Shown one piece after another: positions 51,479-64,000 of a stretch of 64,000 nt of DNA. The stretch comes from Octopus sinensis. Its lineage: Eukaryota. The position numbers and the translations under genes were made by a program. Within the stretch, counting starts at the first letter, position 1. Every line of letters starts with the position of its first letter. The notes under the pieces were generated by a model, which was not told the origin of the DNA, made no database searches, and saw only the letters and a list, made by a program, of their open reading frames with translations. The stretch lies in the NCBI RefSeq assembly GCF_006345805.1, contig NC_043002.1, positions 66,712,001-66,776,000 of the forward strand, in the 5' to 3' direction.

Positions 51479-52929
51479 GTGAATTTCATGAACACAAATT
51501 AAGCCACAGCTTTTAAACAAAAAATTTCGAGAATACATGAATATAAATTAAAGCCAAGTTTGAAATATACTTTGGTATTGACAAAAAGTTGTAACTGTCT
51601 AACTTCCAAGAATGTTTGTGCACGAAAACTCTACTGGAAAAAATTCAATCAACAACTTGTTTCTAACACAAAAATTATAATTATCACAAGCAAATTAATG
51701 TAATGAAAATAATTAGCGTAATGAATATAATGTTTATAATTAAATCATAATACACAATACATAACGTAATGATGAAAAGAAATATTATTCTCATGTAATA
51801 ATGTAAAATAAATTTTCTTTTGCCTGCTGTATTCTTTTGATGGAAACAAAACTGTGTATTTCAGTATTATCTTACAGCAATGTATTCTCCAATAAAAAGA
51901 ACTTAAGCAAATAGATTTCTCTCGAGTTATATGAAATAATTTCTCCAACAGCAAAATCCAATTATGTCCTTTGTTTATAAAACATATTCCCACAGTTACT
52001 GATGACTGCACCGAAAGCCATAAAGCCGTGCATTCTCCAAGATAATTTTTTTAATGCATTTACAATCATTATCTTTATATATAACATCCATATCAATAAC
52101 ATACAGAACATTTTAAATGACTCTTTGTGCATATTTTTTCTTCGTTTATTTTATTTATCTATTTGTTTTGGATGGTATTTGAACAATTTATATAAAAATA
52201 AAGAATCCGTTAACGTAACCAACCGGTCGATAATGTTGTCACCACTTTAATAGATATTACACATTATTTTTTCATTGGTAATTGTTACAGTCAGCAACTT
52301 TGATAGCAATGCTGTAGTTTCATGTTATATTTTGAAAATATCTTCGACCGTAACTATCAGGTTACTGCAATAAAGTTACTGCAATAAAGTAGAAAGCCTG
52401 AATGTGAAACAAAACAAAAAAATTGTTATAAAACAAACCATAACTACTTTTATATTCTTTACTCTTATGCACTTTTACTGGTTATAGCCAAGTTGGCGTG
52501 GCAATACTGGGACTATGCCATCAATAATTTGTTACTATTTTAACCAGATTTTTTGTTAATGCCGAGATATAAATGCGAGAGAAAAGTGCTTCTTCACGGG
52601 AAACTAGTTATCGTGCTCATATCAAATATATCACGTTTATATAACTATACATTTTGTGAGCAAAAACATCGCTAAAATATATATGTATCTCTCTCGTAGC
52701 TCGGCGAAGATCATAAAACACTAAAGATAAATTGGTTTATATAGCAGCAATTATGTAAAGTGATTAATTGATATTTTAAATAAGTTCACTAAAAAACAAA
52801 GCCCTGGGTGTTTTTACCAAGTTGTCATTATAATAATTTATAGCATTTTATAAGTTCCATAACTTTCTGAAATTAGTATTTTCCCTCTTTACTTTTTGTC
52901 ATCATAAAGTAACACAATATTTGATCTAG

Positions 52930-53110
52930 AACCTACAGCACAACCTTTTCCAGAAGGTGGCCTACAAAAACTTCATGAACTTCCAAATATAGATTTACTA
53001 TTTATTGAATTATGCAATGCAGAAGAATATAGTATTCTCCCTGGCCCTCTAAAACTTTGGAAAGGACTTGATGGACAATCAGGACTACGTTACGTATCAC
53101 AAGTCTAGAA
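52930..53110 (+). CDS. Candidate exon or pseudo-exon of an unidentified gene
   Basis: Open frame EPTAQPFPEGGLQKLHELPNIDLLFIELCNAEEYSILPGPLKLWKGLDGQSGLRYVSQV in repeat-free DNA; boundaries uncertain. Confidence 0.3.
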
Positions 53111-53279
53111 GATGCCCTAATTAGGGTTCTTTCTTATGCTTCAGGTTGATACATTTTACTACCCGGCTGTGACCATATATTTCATCTATATGAGGTATTT
53201 ATAACCCAGGGCCACCTCTGTTTGTGCAGCTCTAAGATCAGAGATATATCGTGACTATTCCGTATTTTTACATATCCAG

Positions 53280-53423
53280 CTTTAAATGTGTCCTTCCATC
53301 CTGAAGACCATTGTGTAATTAAAACGGAATGTGGTTTAGGAAAAGTTGCTGTTATTTCTAGCGAAACTAGTGACCACGTAGAAGCTCCCTCGTCGGCTCG
53401 ATCCGCTGGCATGTTATTAACAG
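53280..53423 (+). CDS. Candidate internal exon of an unidentified gene
   Basis: Acceptor TTTTTACATATCCAG, donor GTAGGT, 144 nt, symmetric phase 1, open: LNVSFHPEDHCVIKTECGLGKVAVISSETSDHVEAPSSARSAGMLLT. Confidence 0.4.
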
Positions 53424-54637
53424 GTAGGTTAACAATGTTACTCCATAACGTTGTAAACACTAAACTTATTGATAGCTGATTTCCACAGCATCAGACCGAA
53501 ATTACTATCTATAGTTTGCATTTAAACTAGTATTCAGCTTTGATTAACGTATGGAAATTGTAATTTTCGTAATAAAAAAATAAAATTCCCTAGTTTCTTG
53601 ATGCGATTATATATAATTATATATTTTGGAAAATTATCAAGTTTTCTAAATGGAAATTAAATACCTTAATTAATTACAAGTTTTACGTTTCTCTGACAAT
53701 AGAACTCCGTATCTGTTCCATAATGATAACGAAGGTAAACAAGTGTGTGTCTGATTAGCACACACATGAATAACATTGCAATAATTACGCGTAATTTACT
53801 TTAATCTTCGGCAGTACGGAATTTTAAAGTAATATCTGAAGATGGTCAAACAACATAAAATTTCTTTGAAGTGTTGACATTCTTAGGTGGCGAGCTGATA
53901 GAATCGGTGGTTGGTCGGACGAAATGTTTGGCGTCATTTCTTCCAGCTATTTACATTGTGGTTTCAAATACCGCCGAGGTCAAGTTTACCTTTCATCTTT
54001 TCAGGGTCGATAAATTAAGTACCAGTTGCATACTGAGTCGATATAATAGGCTGGCCCCTCCCCTCAAATTGCTACAAATAAGTAATTCTGCAACGGGCCA
54101 GCGTCCTGTTGAGTACGGCAGTTGTAATCTCGGTCACGTATAAACCTTGGAAACCGGACAACCGGCCTTATGAATTCTAAAATTCGAAAGAAAAACAATT
54201 TACAGACCTTTCTTAAAATAACGATCGTAAATTAAGAATAACGCTATAGGTGTAGCGAAAATCCACTGGATTCTCAACCAGGAATTGAAACTTCGATCTG
54301 AATGCTTCTGCATGCTTCTTTCCATTATTCTCTGAATTTGCACTCAGAATTTATATTCTGTCAAGTTCACAACCAACGCATTTCGGGTCCAATAAATACA
54401 TTTACATGCGTTGTTACTGATTTAATCTTAACTGAACCCCCTTTAGCACAGGTAAAATATGAGTTACCTGTAGAACGACACTCTCTACACTCGACAACTT
54501 TCTGAGTACTATTCTCTCTCTCTCTCTATATATATCTATCTATCTATCTATCTATCTATCTGTCTATCCCTATCTATCTATCTATCTTTTTTTCTTTCTT
54601 TCTTTCTCTCTCTCCCCTCTTTCTTTCTCTCTTTCTA

Positions 54638-54677
<40 letters not shown>

Positions 54678-57600
54678 AATACACATACACACACTCCAGT
54701 CGCTTTCCTTTGGCTACTGCAAATCAACTAACTCGGGGTAAACCTCGTGCGGATCTTCAACATAGAAGTATGCTTCCACAACAACCAGAGAATCTCTGTG
54801 AACAAACTAACATTTATAAACCGTTCCCAACTCGTAGAAGCTGTGATAGACACCGTGACGCTTAAATGAAAACTATGGCAAGTATGGACTGTTTCTTCTC
54901 TCAATTTATTTCAAGCATAAACCAGACAGAAATTGCTCAGAGGTTAGTGTTTCTCCTAATAATGTAAATTTTCTTTACTCTGGTACGGAAGATAATAAAT
55001 CTAGAAACTTTTGCACTTCCTAAATTTCTTCCTCTTTAATATATAGCTTTCTTTTGTCCTATTGAAATCTAGAATCAGAAATATTCAGATTACTTTTCAG
55101 AGTAAAAAAGAATTGCTTTACGATGGCATTCTTAATACGTTCCGTCAAATTCGAATGTGAATATGCTAATCGCTGTTGTATTTCATCAACTTCTCCTTTC
55201 AGACGAATGTGTGTTCCCAACACATTCGATTCATTAGAGTAAAGGGACGTTGGGACACCCATTGTTTCGGCATCATTGTATCTCCTCAGACAAAGCTAAC
55301 CAGGTCAAGTAAATCAAACAAGACTTTGTGGCTTTTGCTTGTAAATTTAGCACACAAAGTATTTGCTGATGTGTGCTGATCTCTGCCAAGCAATAATAAC
55401 TCAACATTTGCACGGACTAATTGCTGATTAGATTGTCTTCAATGCTTTTCTCTATTTGTCTATACGAAAATGACCGACCCTCTTATTAATGTATCCTCCC
55501 AAATACTATCAGTGTCTTAAATTTACTATCATTGAACAAAAATCTGACAATCGTCTCGCCCTTCGGTTTCAGCAAAACCTTTCGAAGCTTCAACACAGCA
55601 GTATGGGCAAAAGCTCAAAAAGTATCATTGATAACTAATATTCATAAATTAAATATTCAATCAGTCTATATTCATATAATATTAATATACTGATAAATCA
55701 ATCAGGTAATTGTACTTCTATACTTAACAATTTCTATCAGTGAATAACTAGCTCGAACGAATTTAGGGGAAGAGAAAGTAACCTTTATAATTCACATACT
55801 TTTTCCAAGCACCCTAGAGACAAATTTGACGAGTAATGAAACATCACCTCGTCGTGAGATTTCGTACTACACCGTATGCAAGTCATTTGCCAGAAAATGT
55901 CTCCACGAGTCACAAAGGCTCATATAATCGGCATTTAACTTATGACACTAGTATTAATTGGATGATTAGTGAATCTGTTAGCTGAATGTATTACAAACGC
56001 GACAAGCAAGTAACAATCCCAGAGAATCCGTTATCTATTAAGAAGAGTAATGAGACTGAGAAATAACTGAAATACATAGTGTCTTATAATGGTGCCGCAC
56101 ATTTTATTTGTAATTTACGAGATCGTAGACGCCAGCCCATCCATTGTTCCAGTCCTAGTTACTAGGGTTGAGTTTAAAATGTTTTCTATCACTGAGGCAC
56201 CCTATATACGAAATGAACTACTTGCCCAATACCTTATCCATGAAGCCATTCTATTTTTCTAAGTTCGGAAGGATCATCTTCGTTTCTATTAGCATTACTT
56301 CACACAAACACGTCATATGCTTGTCTCATAGCCGCAAGATATTCTCTGTTTATGTTGTGGTGAGAGTACGACACTCTCTGACGAGAATAAACGGGACAAA
56401 TACTTATAAATAGCAGCGGTCTGACGTAGTCGGCAGATCATAGTTTGGTCTTCGAAGTCCAGGTACAGTTTAGAGTTCGAGTTAGTGTGTTGGAAATATT
56501 GATTGTTGGTTCGTAAAAGATTATTGGTTCGTTACGTGTTTGTTTACTGCCGCTGTTTCTACTTTGTATTGCTATAACAGTTACAGTGTATTCTTTATCT
56601 ATCATCGACAATATCAACCGTACTACAACATTAGATATCACAGTTTACGTATTTTTTCTGTCACTGTCTTTGCTTATTCATTTCTTCGATATATACAATT
56701 TTCCCCATTCTGCTCATAAATCTTCTTTACTTACCGGGTCTAGAGACCAAATCTTTTTTTGATATTGTACTAGTCTCTTTTTTTTTCTGTTTGTATTCAT
56801 CTTTCATGTTCGTTTGTTTCCACTCCAGCATCTTATGTTGCTGATATCTTCAAATTGAAGAATGCTAGGTATCGAAATTCTAGTGATATTTGATCGATAA
56901 CTGATGAGAGATTGATAATGTCCGCGTCTATTACGTACCTGTTTCCCTGTTAGTCTGTATTTGTCATCGCCCTGTGCCAGGTTCTTATTATTGATTTAAA
57001 AATATACGCAATGAATTTTGTGAAAACTAGTAATTAATACAGAAAGTAATTTCTGTTTATAGCGTTTCATGTTTTCGTCATTAATTTCCGAAAATTTTTA
57101 ACGTTATTTCAGTTGACAATGATATATTTCTAAAATATATATTATGATAAATAACGGGAGCAAAATGTCATTATGTGAGTAATTTATAACAAATAATTGC
57201 TATAAATAATTCCTTAACACCCATGTAAGTCTTTTTCGAAATCAAGTTTCGCGTGAAGTCCATTATAAACAAGATCTTTCCAGTAATGTGTTAGCTTGAA
57301 GCTGCTCAATAATGTTGTTCTAATGCAGTCGTCTTAATTAATAAGTCATGAACAGATTCAGATAACCACCCAACTTCATTAATTCACGCCTATAACTCAG
57401 TAACTGAAGCCGTATGACATAGCCTGTAAAGAGATCAAATTTAAGATACATATAGAATTTCTACTTAGCCTATAAATAAAAACTGCGATAGATGTATGTG
57501 GGATTCACAGTTGATCTGCTTACTGGACAGAGGGGCACCTTTCTGGCGTCCGGGGCCAGTAGGGGGCTAGGTTTACGGGTTGCTATGATCCCGTTTAGGT

Positions 57601-58079
57601 GACTTCATCTTACCCCAGTGCGGAGGAGAAGGTAGTGTGGTGGACAAGGGGAAGAAGAATAAAAAGGAGAAGCAAAAGAGAAGAAAAGAAAGAGGACGAG
57701 GAAGGAGGAAGGAAGAGGAAGCATGGTGGAATAGAGGATGGAGAAGAAGAAGAAGAAGAAGAAGAAGAAGAAGAAGAAGAAGAAGAAGAAAGTTCAGGCT
57801 AAAAGCGAAAACAAAAGACGGTATTAGCTGCATGTAATCAATGCACGCCACAAATGATTAGGAAAATAAAGATATCCACATCAAGTACAGATTTTGCAGA
57901 CAGTATAATAAGACAATTGGCTAATTCCTTTTCGACTGCCAAGTATCTGCTACGTTGAAGACACGATCGATCCGACTGCTGTGACCAATGGGCAGTACGC
58001 CAACACTAGGTCGTGTAAAAGGACACTAGCATAAATATATACATAACAATGACTTGGCCACAATCATATAGGACATGTC

Positions 58080-58255
58080 TATCAAAACTGACAACAAAAT
58101 TAAGGCAAATAGTCCGATATAGTCACCAGGGATTAAACTATAATTTTTATTCTCAGGACATCTTGATCTCTTTTGACCAAAACATCACTCGGAAGAGTGT
58201 GGATAAAGGACATAAATTGTCAAAGTATAAAGAGCTTACAACTGAATTTATCAGA
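58080..58255 (+). pseudogene. Degenerate restriction-like endonuclease fragment (R4/Dong-like)
   Basis: TDNKIKANSP and ISFDQNIT..KLSKYKELTTE resemble TDxxIKANxPDIV and SxPxDxNIxxKExEKLxKYKDL. Confidence 0.55.
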
Positions 58256-59175
58256 TTTTGTTTTGGGATTTGGTTTGCAAGATTCTTTATATTAGTTCGT
58301 GTGTTGAAACATATTCTGTTGTGTCTGGGGAGAGTCATTTTCTTTTTGTGCCTTATAATGTAACACACTCACCGGTAAAATTTCCACTTATTTTTATTTT
58401 CCTAAAATTTTCGTTGCGTCTTGCAACCTTTTCAAAAGTCTTGACTCTCTCCGTTATTTACACTGCGTTCTTTTTTTTGTTTGTTTGTGCACATGTGTGG
58501 GTCAGATGTTGCACAAAAAAGGAAAAGCTGTACCAGTAATAATTTGAGCATCAGATATGAGTTTAAAAATATAGATAAATGTATAACAAATAATTCATGC
58601 GATTGTATATACCACAACCCTAACAGACCTACTTATACAGAATCGCCGTCCGATGATGAAACACGCCACACCAATCAACATAGTACATACAAAATACAAT
58701 CAGTGACTAATGAAATAACACAACTCACATTGTACATATTCTACATAACAGAAAAAGCGCGTGTTTCACTGATAGATATAATGTTTATTCTTATAAATCT
58801 TGTATTGGATGTTTCATAGTTTTGGCACCAGTTTCTCGTTATATTTTTTTCCCTTTTTCGTTTATTACTCTCAAGAAACTAAGAGGTCGCATGAGGCCTG
58901 TTTCATTGCTGGTTACTTACCACCTTGTTGTGACTCTCAATAAAAAAGACACTAATCAGCAAGTTAATTCGCTGGAGGCAAAACTGATGTACCCTAAATG
59001 AATCACATTTCTATAGCTCTAAAACACATTTCTATAGCTCTAAACTTGTACACAGTTCAGAACAGGAATGTGGAAGTGGGTGTAACAGGTGGTGAAGTAG
59101 AAACTCACATAAACCACTTGAAAACCCTAATAATAATAATAATAATAATAATAATATAATAATAATAATAATAAT

Positions 59176-59453
59176 ATCCCGTGGGATTTCCCAATCCAAA
59201 TAGATCAGGTGCTAGAGCGTAACAAACCAGATCTAGTGATGATGGACAAGATGCACCACATGAGCTATATAATAAATGTTCCATGAATAGCCAAGAAGGA
59301 GTGACTGTGTGGTAAGTAACTTGCCTACCAACCACATGGTTCCGGGTTCAGTCCCACTGCGTGGCACCTTGAGCAAGTGTCTTCAACTATAGCCCCGGGC
59401 CGACCAAAGCCTTGTGAGTAGATTTGGTAGACGTAAACTGAAAGAAGTCCGTC

Positions 59454-59520
<67 letters not shown>

Positions 59521-60083
59521 TGTATGTATGTATGTATGTATGTATGTATGTGTGTGTGTGTATATGTTTGTGTGTCTGTGTTTGTCCCCACAGCATCGCT
59601 TGACAACCGATGCTGGTGTGTTTAAGTCCCCGTAGCCTAGCGGTTCGGCAAGAGAGACCGATAGAATAAGTACTAGCCTTACAAAGAATAAGTCCTGGGG
59701 TGATTTGCTCGACTAAAGTCGATGCTCCATCACGACCGCAGTCAAATGACTGAAACAAGCAAAAGAGTAAAAAGAGTAAGGAAGGCGAAAAATTATGTAT
59801 ACAATCTTCTTGAGTACGAAATAGCCCGGCTGTGGAAAATGAAGAGGTGAAGATAGTGCCAATTATTTTTGCGTCCTTGAGGACAGTATCAAGAAAGATA
59901 TAAAGGAAATCGGAATAGAGTGCCCAGTAGAACTGTAACAAATGGTTTGCCTCCTTGGCATGGCTAGAATAAACAGGAGAATATAAGATAGTTGAAAAGA
60001 ATAGATAGCATGGTGCCATAGGGGGCAGGTAACAAGGTCGCTACGCGTACACGACTACAGAAGTCCCTACAAAATCTGAGTTG

Positions 60084-60085
<2 letters not shown>
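59176..60085 (+). mobile_element. R4/Dong-like 3' fragment split by a family A SINE
   Basis: IPWDFPIQIDQVLERNKPDLVMMDK before the SINE and LEYEIARLWKMK..IVPII after it; bounded by (TAA)n. Confidence 0.65.
59298..59778 (+). mobile_element. SINE family A, near full length
   Basis: Head, (TA)(TATG) microsatellite, body and AAAAGAGT tail repeats. Confidence 0.85.
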
Positions 60086-60124
<39 letters not shown>

Positions 60125-60126
<2 letters not shown>

Positions 60127-61063
60127 GGAGGAGAAACCTCTGCACGGCAAATATGTGACCCGCAGCAAACAAGCTGATGTTGACCAGAAGCAAACCCATC
60201 AGTGGCTACGGAGCTCAGGGCTAAAAGCAGAGAGCGAAGGTTTCATCCTGGCTGCTCAAGATCAAAGCCTATTAACCCGGAACTACCAGGCCAATGTGAT
60301 GAAAAATGGAGCAGACGCAAAATGCCGATTCTGCAACGACATGATTGAAACAGTGGACCATCTAATCTCTGGATGTAAAGTCTTAGCACCAGTGGAGTAT
60401 AAATTAAGACATGACAGAGTTGGCCAATATCTTCACTGGCTAATAAGTCGGCATTACAATATCAAAACTGCCGACAAGTGGTATAATCACCACCCTGAGG
60501 CTGTAACTGAAGGAGAAAATGTAACCATTCTGTGGGACTTTCCAGTACATACAGACCGAACCATCAAGGCCAATAAACCAGATATTGTTGTGAAAGACCA
60601 AAACAATAAAGTTTGCTTATTGATCGACATGAGCATCCCCTGTGATCATAATATCTCAGCAAAAGAGTTTGACAAGCTCAGAAAATATAAAGACCTACTC
60701 ATTGAAATTGAGAAAATGTGGCATCTCAAGGCGGTTACAATACCAGTGATCGTAGGAGCACTAGGAATGATCAAGAAGGGAACCGAAAATTATATGAGAA
60801 TGATCCCTGGCTTACCATCCCTGCAAGAAGTGCAAAAGATTGTCTTAACTGGTACATCACATGTATTGAGAAGAGCATTGTCGATGTGAGAATTGTTGCT
60901 GCTCATGTATTTTAATTTAACTTTAAAAAAAAATTTTTTTTAAATGAACGAACTATTGAGTTTGGTTTAATGGCCTACCAATGTGTACTATGAGTTTCTT
61001 TGCCCTAGGAGTCGGGAAGACACTCGGCAAGAAATGGAAGCAAATTTGAAAGAAGAAAAAAAA

Positions 61064-61064
<1 letters not shown>
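60125..61064 (+). mobile_element. 5'-truncated R4/Dong-like non-LTR retrotransposon with uninterrupted C-terminal ORF fragment (60125-60889)
   Basis: WEEKPLHGKY..CRFCNDMIETVDHLISGC (CCHC finger), RHD, KPDIVVKD, KLRKYKDL (PD-(D/E)xK restriction-like endonuclease); (TAA)n on both sides. Confidence 0.9.
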
Positions 61065-61095
<31 letters not shown>

Positions 61096-62225
61096 TTAAG
61101 GAAATGGACAGGAAAACCAGAAAAGTGATGACAATTAACAAGAACTACACCCCAAAAGCGATACTGACAAAGCTGTATGAACATAGAAACAGGGGTGTAA
61201 GAGGTCTCATACGATGTAAGATCTGTGTTGTCGACGCGAAGAACAGTCTAGGATGGTACATGAAACAGCAGAGTGAATCCTTGTTTGCCGCGGTTAGAAT
61301 GAACAATATAATACCTACCGAAAATGTGATTCATTCACAAACATTTAAGAAATAAAAAGAAGAAAGAGTAAATAACTGGAAAATGAATCCTCTGCATGGA
61401 CAATACTTCAGAGAAATAGAAGGAAAAGACAAGATCAACACTTGAAGATGGATAAGAAAGCGTGATCTGAAAATAAGCACTGAAGCATTAATATGCAGCA
61501 CCCAGGAACAAGCTCTGAGAACTAATTACACCAAGTTCCAAAAGAGTAGCGAATTGCCCCTTTGTAGGATGTGTGGCAGCAGAAGCGAAACAGTCTCACA
61601 TATTGTGAGTGAGCGTAGCACACTAGCCCCAAAGCACTACAAATGGAGGCACGATAACGTGGCTAAGTTCGTCCACTGACGGCTATGTGAAAATTATGGC
61701 CTGAACAGAGCACAGAAATGATACGAACATGAACAAGAGTCATCGTGAACAAGGAATATAAGACACTGTGGGATTTTACAATCCAATTTGACTCTCTAAT
61801 CGATGCTCGGAGACCAGATATTGTGGTATATAAAGGAAAAAGGGAAGCCAAGATCATAAATATTGCAATACATGGAGATGCACACATGAGTGATAAAGAA
61901 CTAGAAAAGATTGAAAAGTACAGATTACTAAAAGACGAAATTTAAGAATGTGGACCACGAGGAGAGTGTCTGTTATTCCAGTAATTGTAGGGGCACTTGG
62001 AGCACTAGCAATCAAGTTCGAGAAATACGACAGAGAAATTGGAATTGACACGAGAGCAGAGCAAGCTGGGGACAGCTAGGATTTTGAGATTGGTATTTGA
62101 ATGTTGAATATCTTCCACGATAATTAACAACCAAGTATTAAAGCTTATAATGTGCGGAAAAAGACCCTGTGAGACCTCTGACAGCACAGAATCTACCAGA
62201 GCAAACAAGACCGAGCTCTCTGTAT
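61096..62225 (+). mobile_element. Older, degenerate R4/Dong-like element (RT thumb, zinc finger, endonuclease)
   Basis: DRKTRKVMT..KLYEHRNRGVRGLI, PLHGQY, CRMCGSRSETVSHIVS, RHDNVA, RRPDIVV, EKIEKY, VIPVIVGALG with stops and frameshifts; followed by (TAA)n. Confidence 0.85.
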
Positions 62226-62237
62226 AATAATAATAAG

Positions 62238-62306
<69 letters not shown>

Positions 62307-62603
62307 TTTTTTATTAGCCACAAGGACATAAATGAGGAGTATACCCCAAGGACAGAAAACGATTTTACATAAAGGATGAGAGAAAAAAATGGAAAAAAAA
62401 GTGAAATGCGATAAAAGTACACACAGCATACAAAGTTTGTAATATAATGAATAATGCAGTCCTCCAGCCAATCAAGGAACCCCACACATCCAGGATTATC
62501 CTGACCACCACAGTTAGGTGCCTTCTCTCTTGCTCTCCTATCTACAGGCGTATATTTAATGTAGGTTCATTCATTCTAACCATAGCAATAACTAAAACAA
62601 TAA

Positions 62604-62955
62604 TAACAAGAGGATTCGGTGAGCGCAAATCTCCGCCAAGGCAACACCAGCGTCCTCTCAACGATTAGCCGGAGATGATTTTTAAAATGAGGATATCTGA
62701 AATAAACTCGACTGCTCTCACAAACGAGAATATTAAAAATGAATCCGACCGCTCTCAAGTGAAAAAAAAACAGGAAAGATAATCCAGAATCCATGTTCGG
62801 TACCGGATCGATCCCCAAATCTAATCAGTCACGAGGCCAAACATCCCTGAAAGTTTCATCCGAATCCACCCAGCGGTTCTTGAGGTATCTTGTCCACGGA
62901 CAAACAAACAAACACGACTAAATACAATATCTCTTTCTCTAGGCGTATGTAATAA
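62604..62955 (-). mobile_element. Helentron-associated (HINE/DINE-1-like) non-autonomous element
   Basis: Terminal CTCCGCC-type subterminal repeats, GTTT microsatellite near one end, GGATGAAACTTTCAGG core; family assignment from general resemblance only. Confidence 0.5.
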
Positions 62956-64000
62956 TAATGAAGATGATGATGATGATGATGACGATGATGATCCTTTCTC
63001 ATATAGGCACAAGGCCTGAAGTTTTGGAGGAAGGGGTTAGCTCGATTACATAGACCTCCAGACCTTGACAGATACTAATTTTATTGACTTCAACGGAATT
63101 TGAAATCAGAACGTAAAGATCCGAAACATTTTGTCCTACGTACTAATACGACAAGGTATTTTCCGACGCTCTAACGATTCTGCAGATTCGCCATTTTTAA
63201 TGGTTTCTAATTTAGGCTCAAAGCCTGCAATTGACTGTTACTTTATTTTACCAACTCTGGAGGAATGAAAGGTGAACATGACCTCGGTAGGATTTGAACT
63301 CAGAACGTCAAAAGCAAGGCTTTTTCCCCAACATGCACTGAGGTTATTAGTACTTGTCCGTATCCTTTCACTGGCTCTGCGTTCCGTCCATGGTAAAGAC
63401 AATTAATTATCGCCGACTCAGATCACCAACCTGTAGATATCAAAAGTAGGTGGGTACCGCTCAGCGCTGTAAATAGCAGAAGCACAGAAAAAAAATGGAC
63501 GAGTTATTAGCGCCAGAGTCTCAACTTCAAGACCTTCTATGAAGTAACATTACTGCTTTGTTTAAGAAACACTACAGCCGCAACACTAAAGTGGACCAAA
63601 GATAACATAAAAATGAAATAAAAGAAGAGAAACTGCTGCAACAAGAAAGAAAGGAATGTGAAGTAGGAAAATACGAAGGAAAAGTTATGCCTAAGAAATT
63701 AACGTCATTGGAAACTATTATTATCATAGAAGAGCAAAATAACAATACTGTGTGCAAGTATGATAGGCATAAATGAAGGTGAATTCAAGTATGTCTGTCT
63801 AGAGATAGTTGCTGTAGAAATCATGCGCCGTATGAATGGAGAAAAATTTAATGGTGGCGTGAGTAGATAAAGTCAAGTGCATTGTATATTAAGTGTATTG
63901 CATATTATAGTCGGTTAAAATAGAACGATAGATTAGAGAATGTGAGAGGAGAAGGAAGGGGAGTCAGTAAAGGAGATAGAGGGAGAGAGATCGAGAGAGG

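Noticed and set aside
53182-53460. Minus-strand 92-aa ORF from the track
   Set aside because: Overlaps the plus-strand candidate exon, which has better splice signals; no recognisable motif

Overview
AT-rich, microsatellite-saturated animal genomic DNA. The SINE families and repeat landscape look like Octopus (inference from recognised sequence style, no database check). Most of the window is transposon debris: two abundant tRNA-derived SINE families, R4/Dong-like non-LTR fragments in (TAA)n tracts, several MITEs, an ORF1-only Tx1/L1-like element, and a Penelope-like element (PLE) remnant with a GIY-YIG endonuclease. Nearly all ORFs in the supplied track are microsatellite read-through. The main observation is 16 type I hammerhead ribozyme (HHR) motifs from five distinct sequence families, all in insertions beside (TA)-rich tracts; four of the five families sit in outward-reading foldbacks. 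The largest is a 4.2-kb array (18370-22597) of a ~478-bp unit with one HHR per unit: six units on the minus strand, then ~2.8 inverted units. It looks like a non-LTR retrozyme locus able to release ~478-nt monomer or circular RNAs. Two families clearly, and a third probably, have a non-canonical U.U apposition at the base of stem II, and two place an AATAAA inside loop II about 24 nt before the cleavage site. A few possible exons of an unidentified plus-strand gene lie at 50-53.5 kb. Indel differences between repeat copies suggest residual long-read errors, so single-base disruptions are uncertain.
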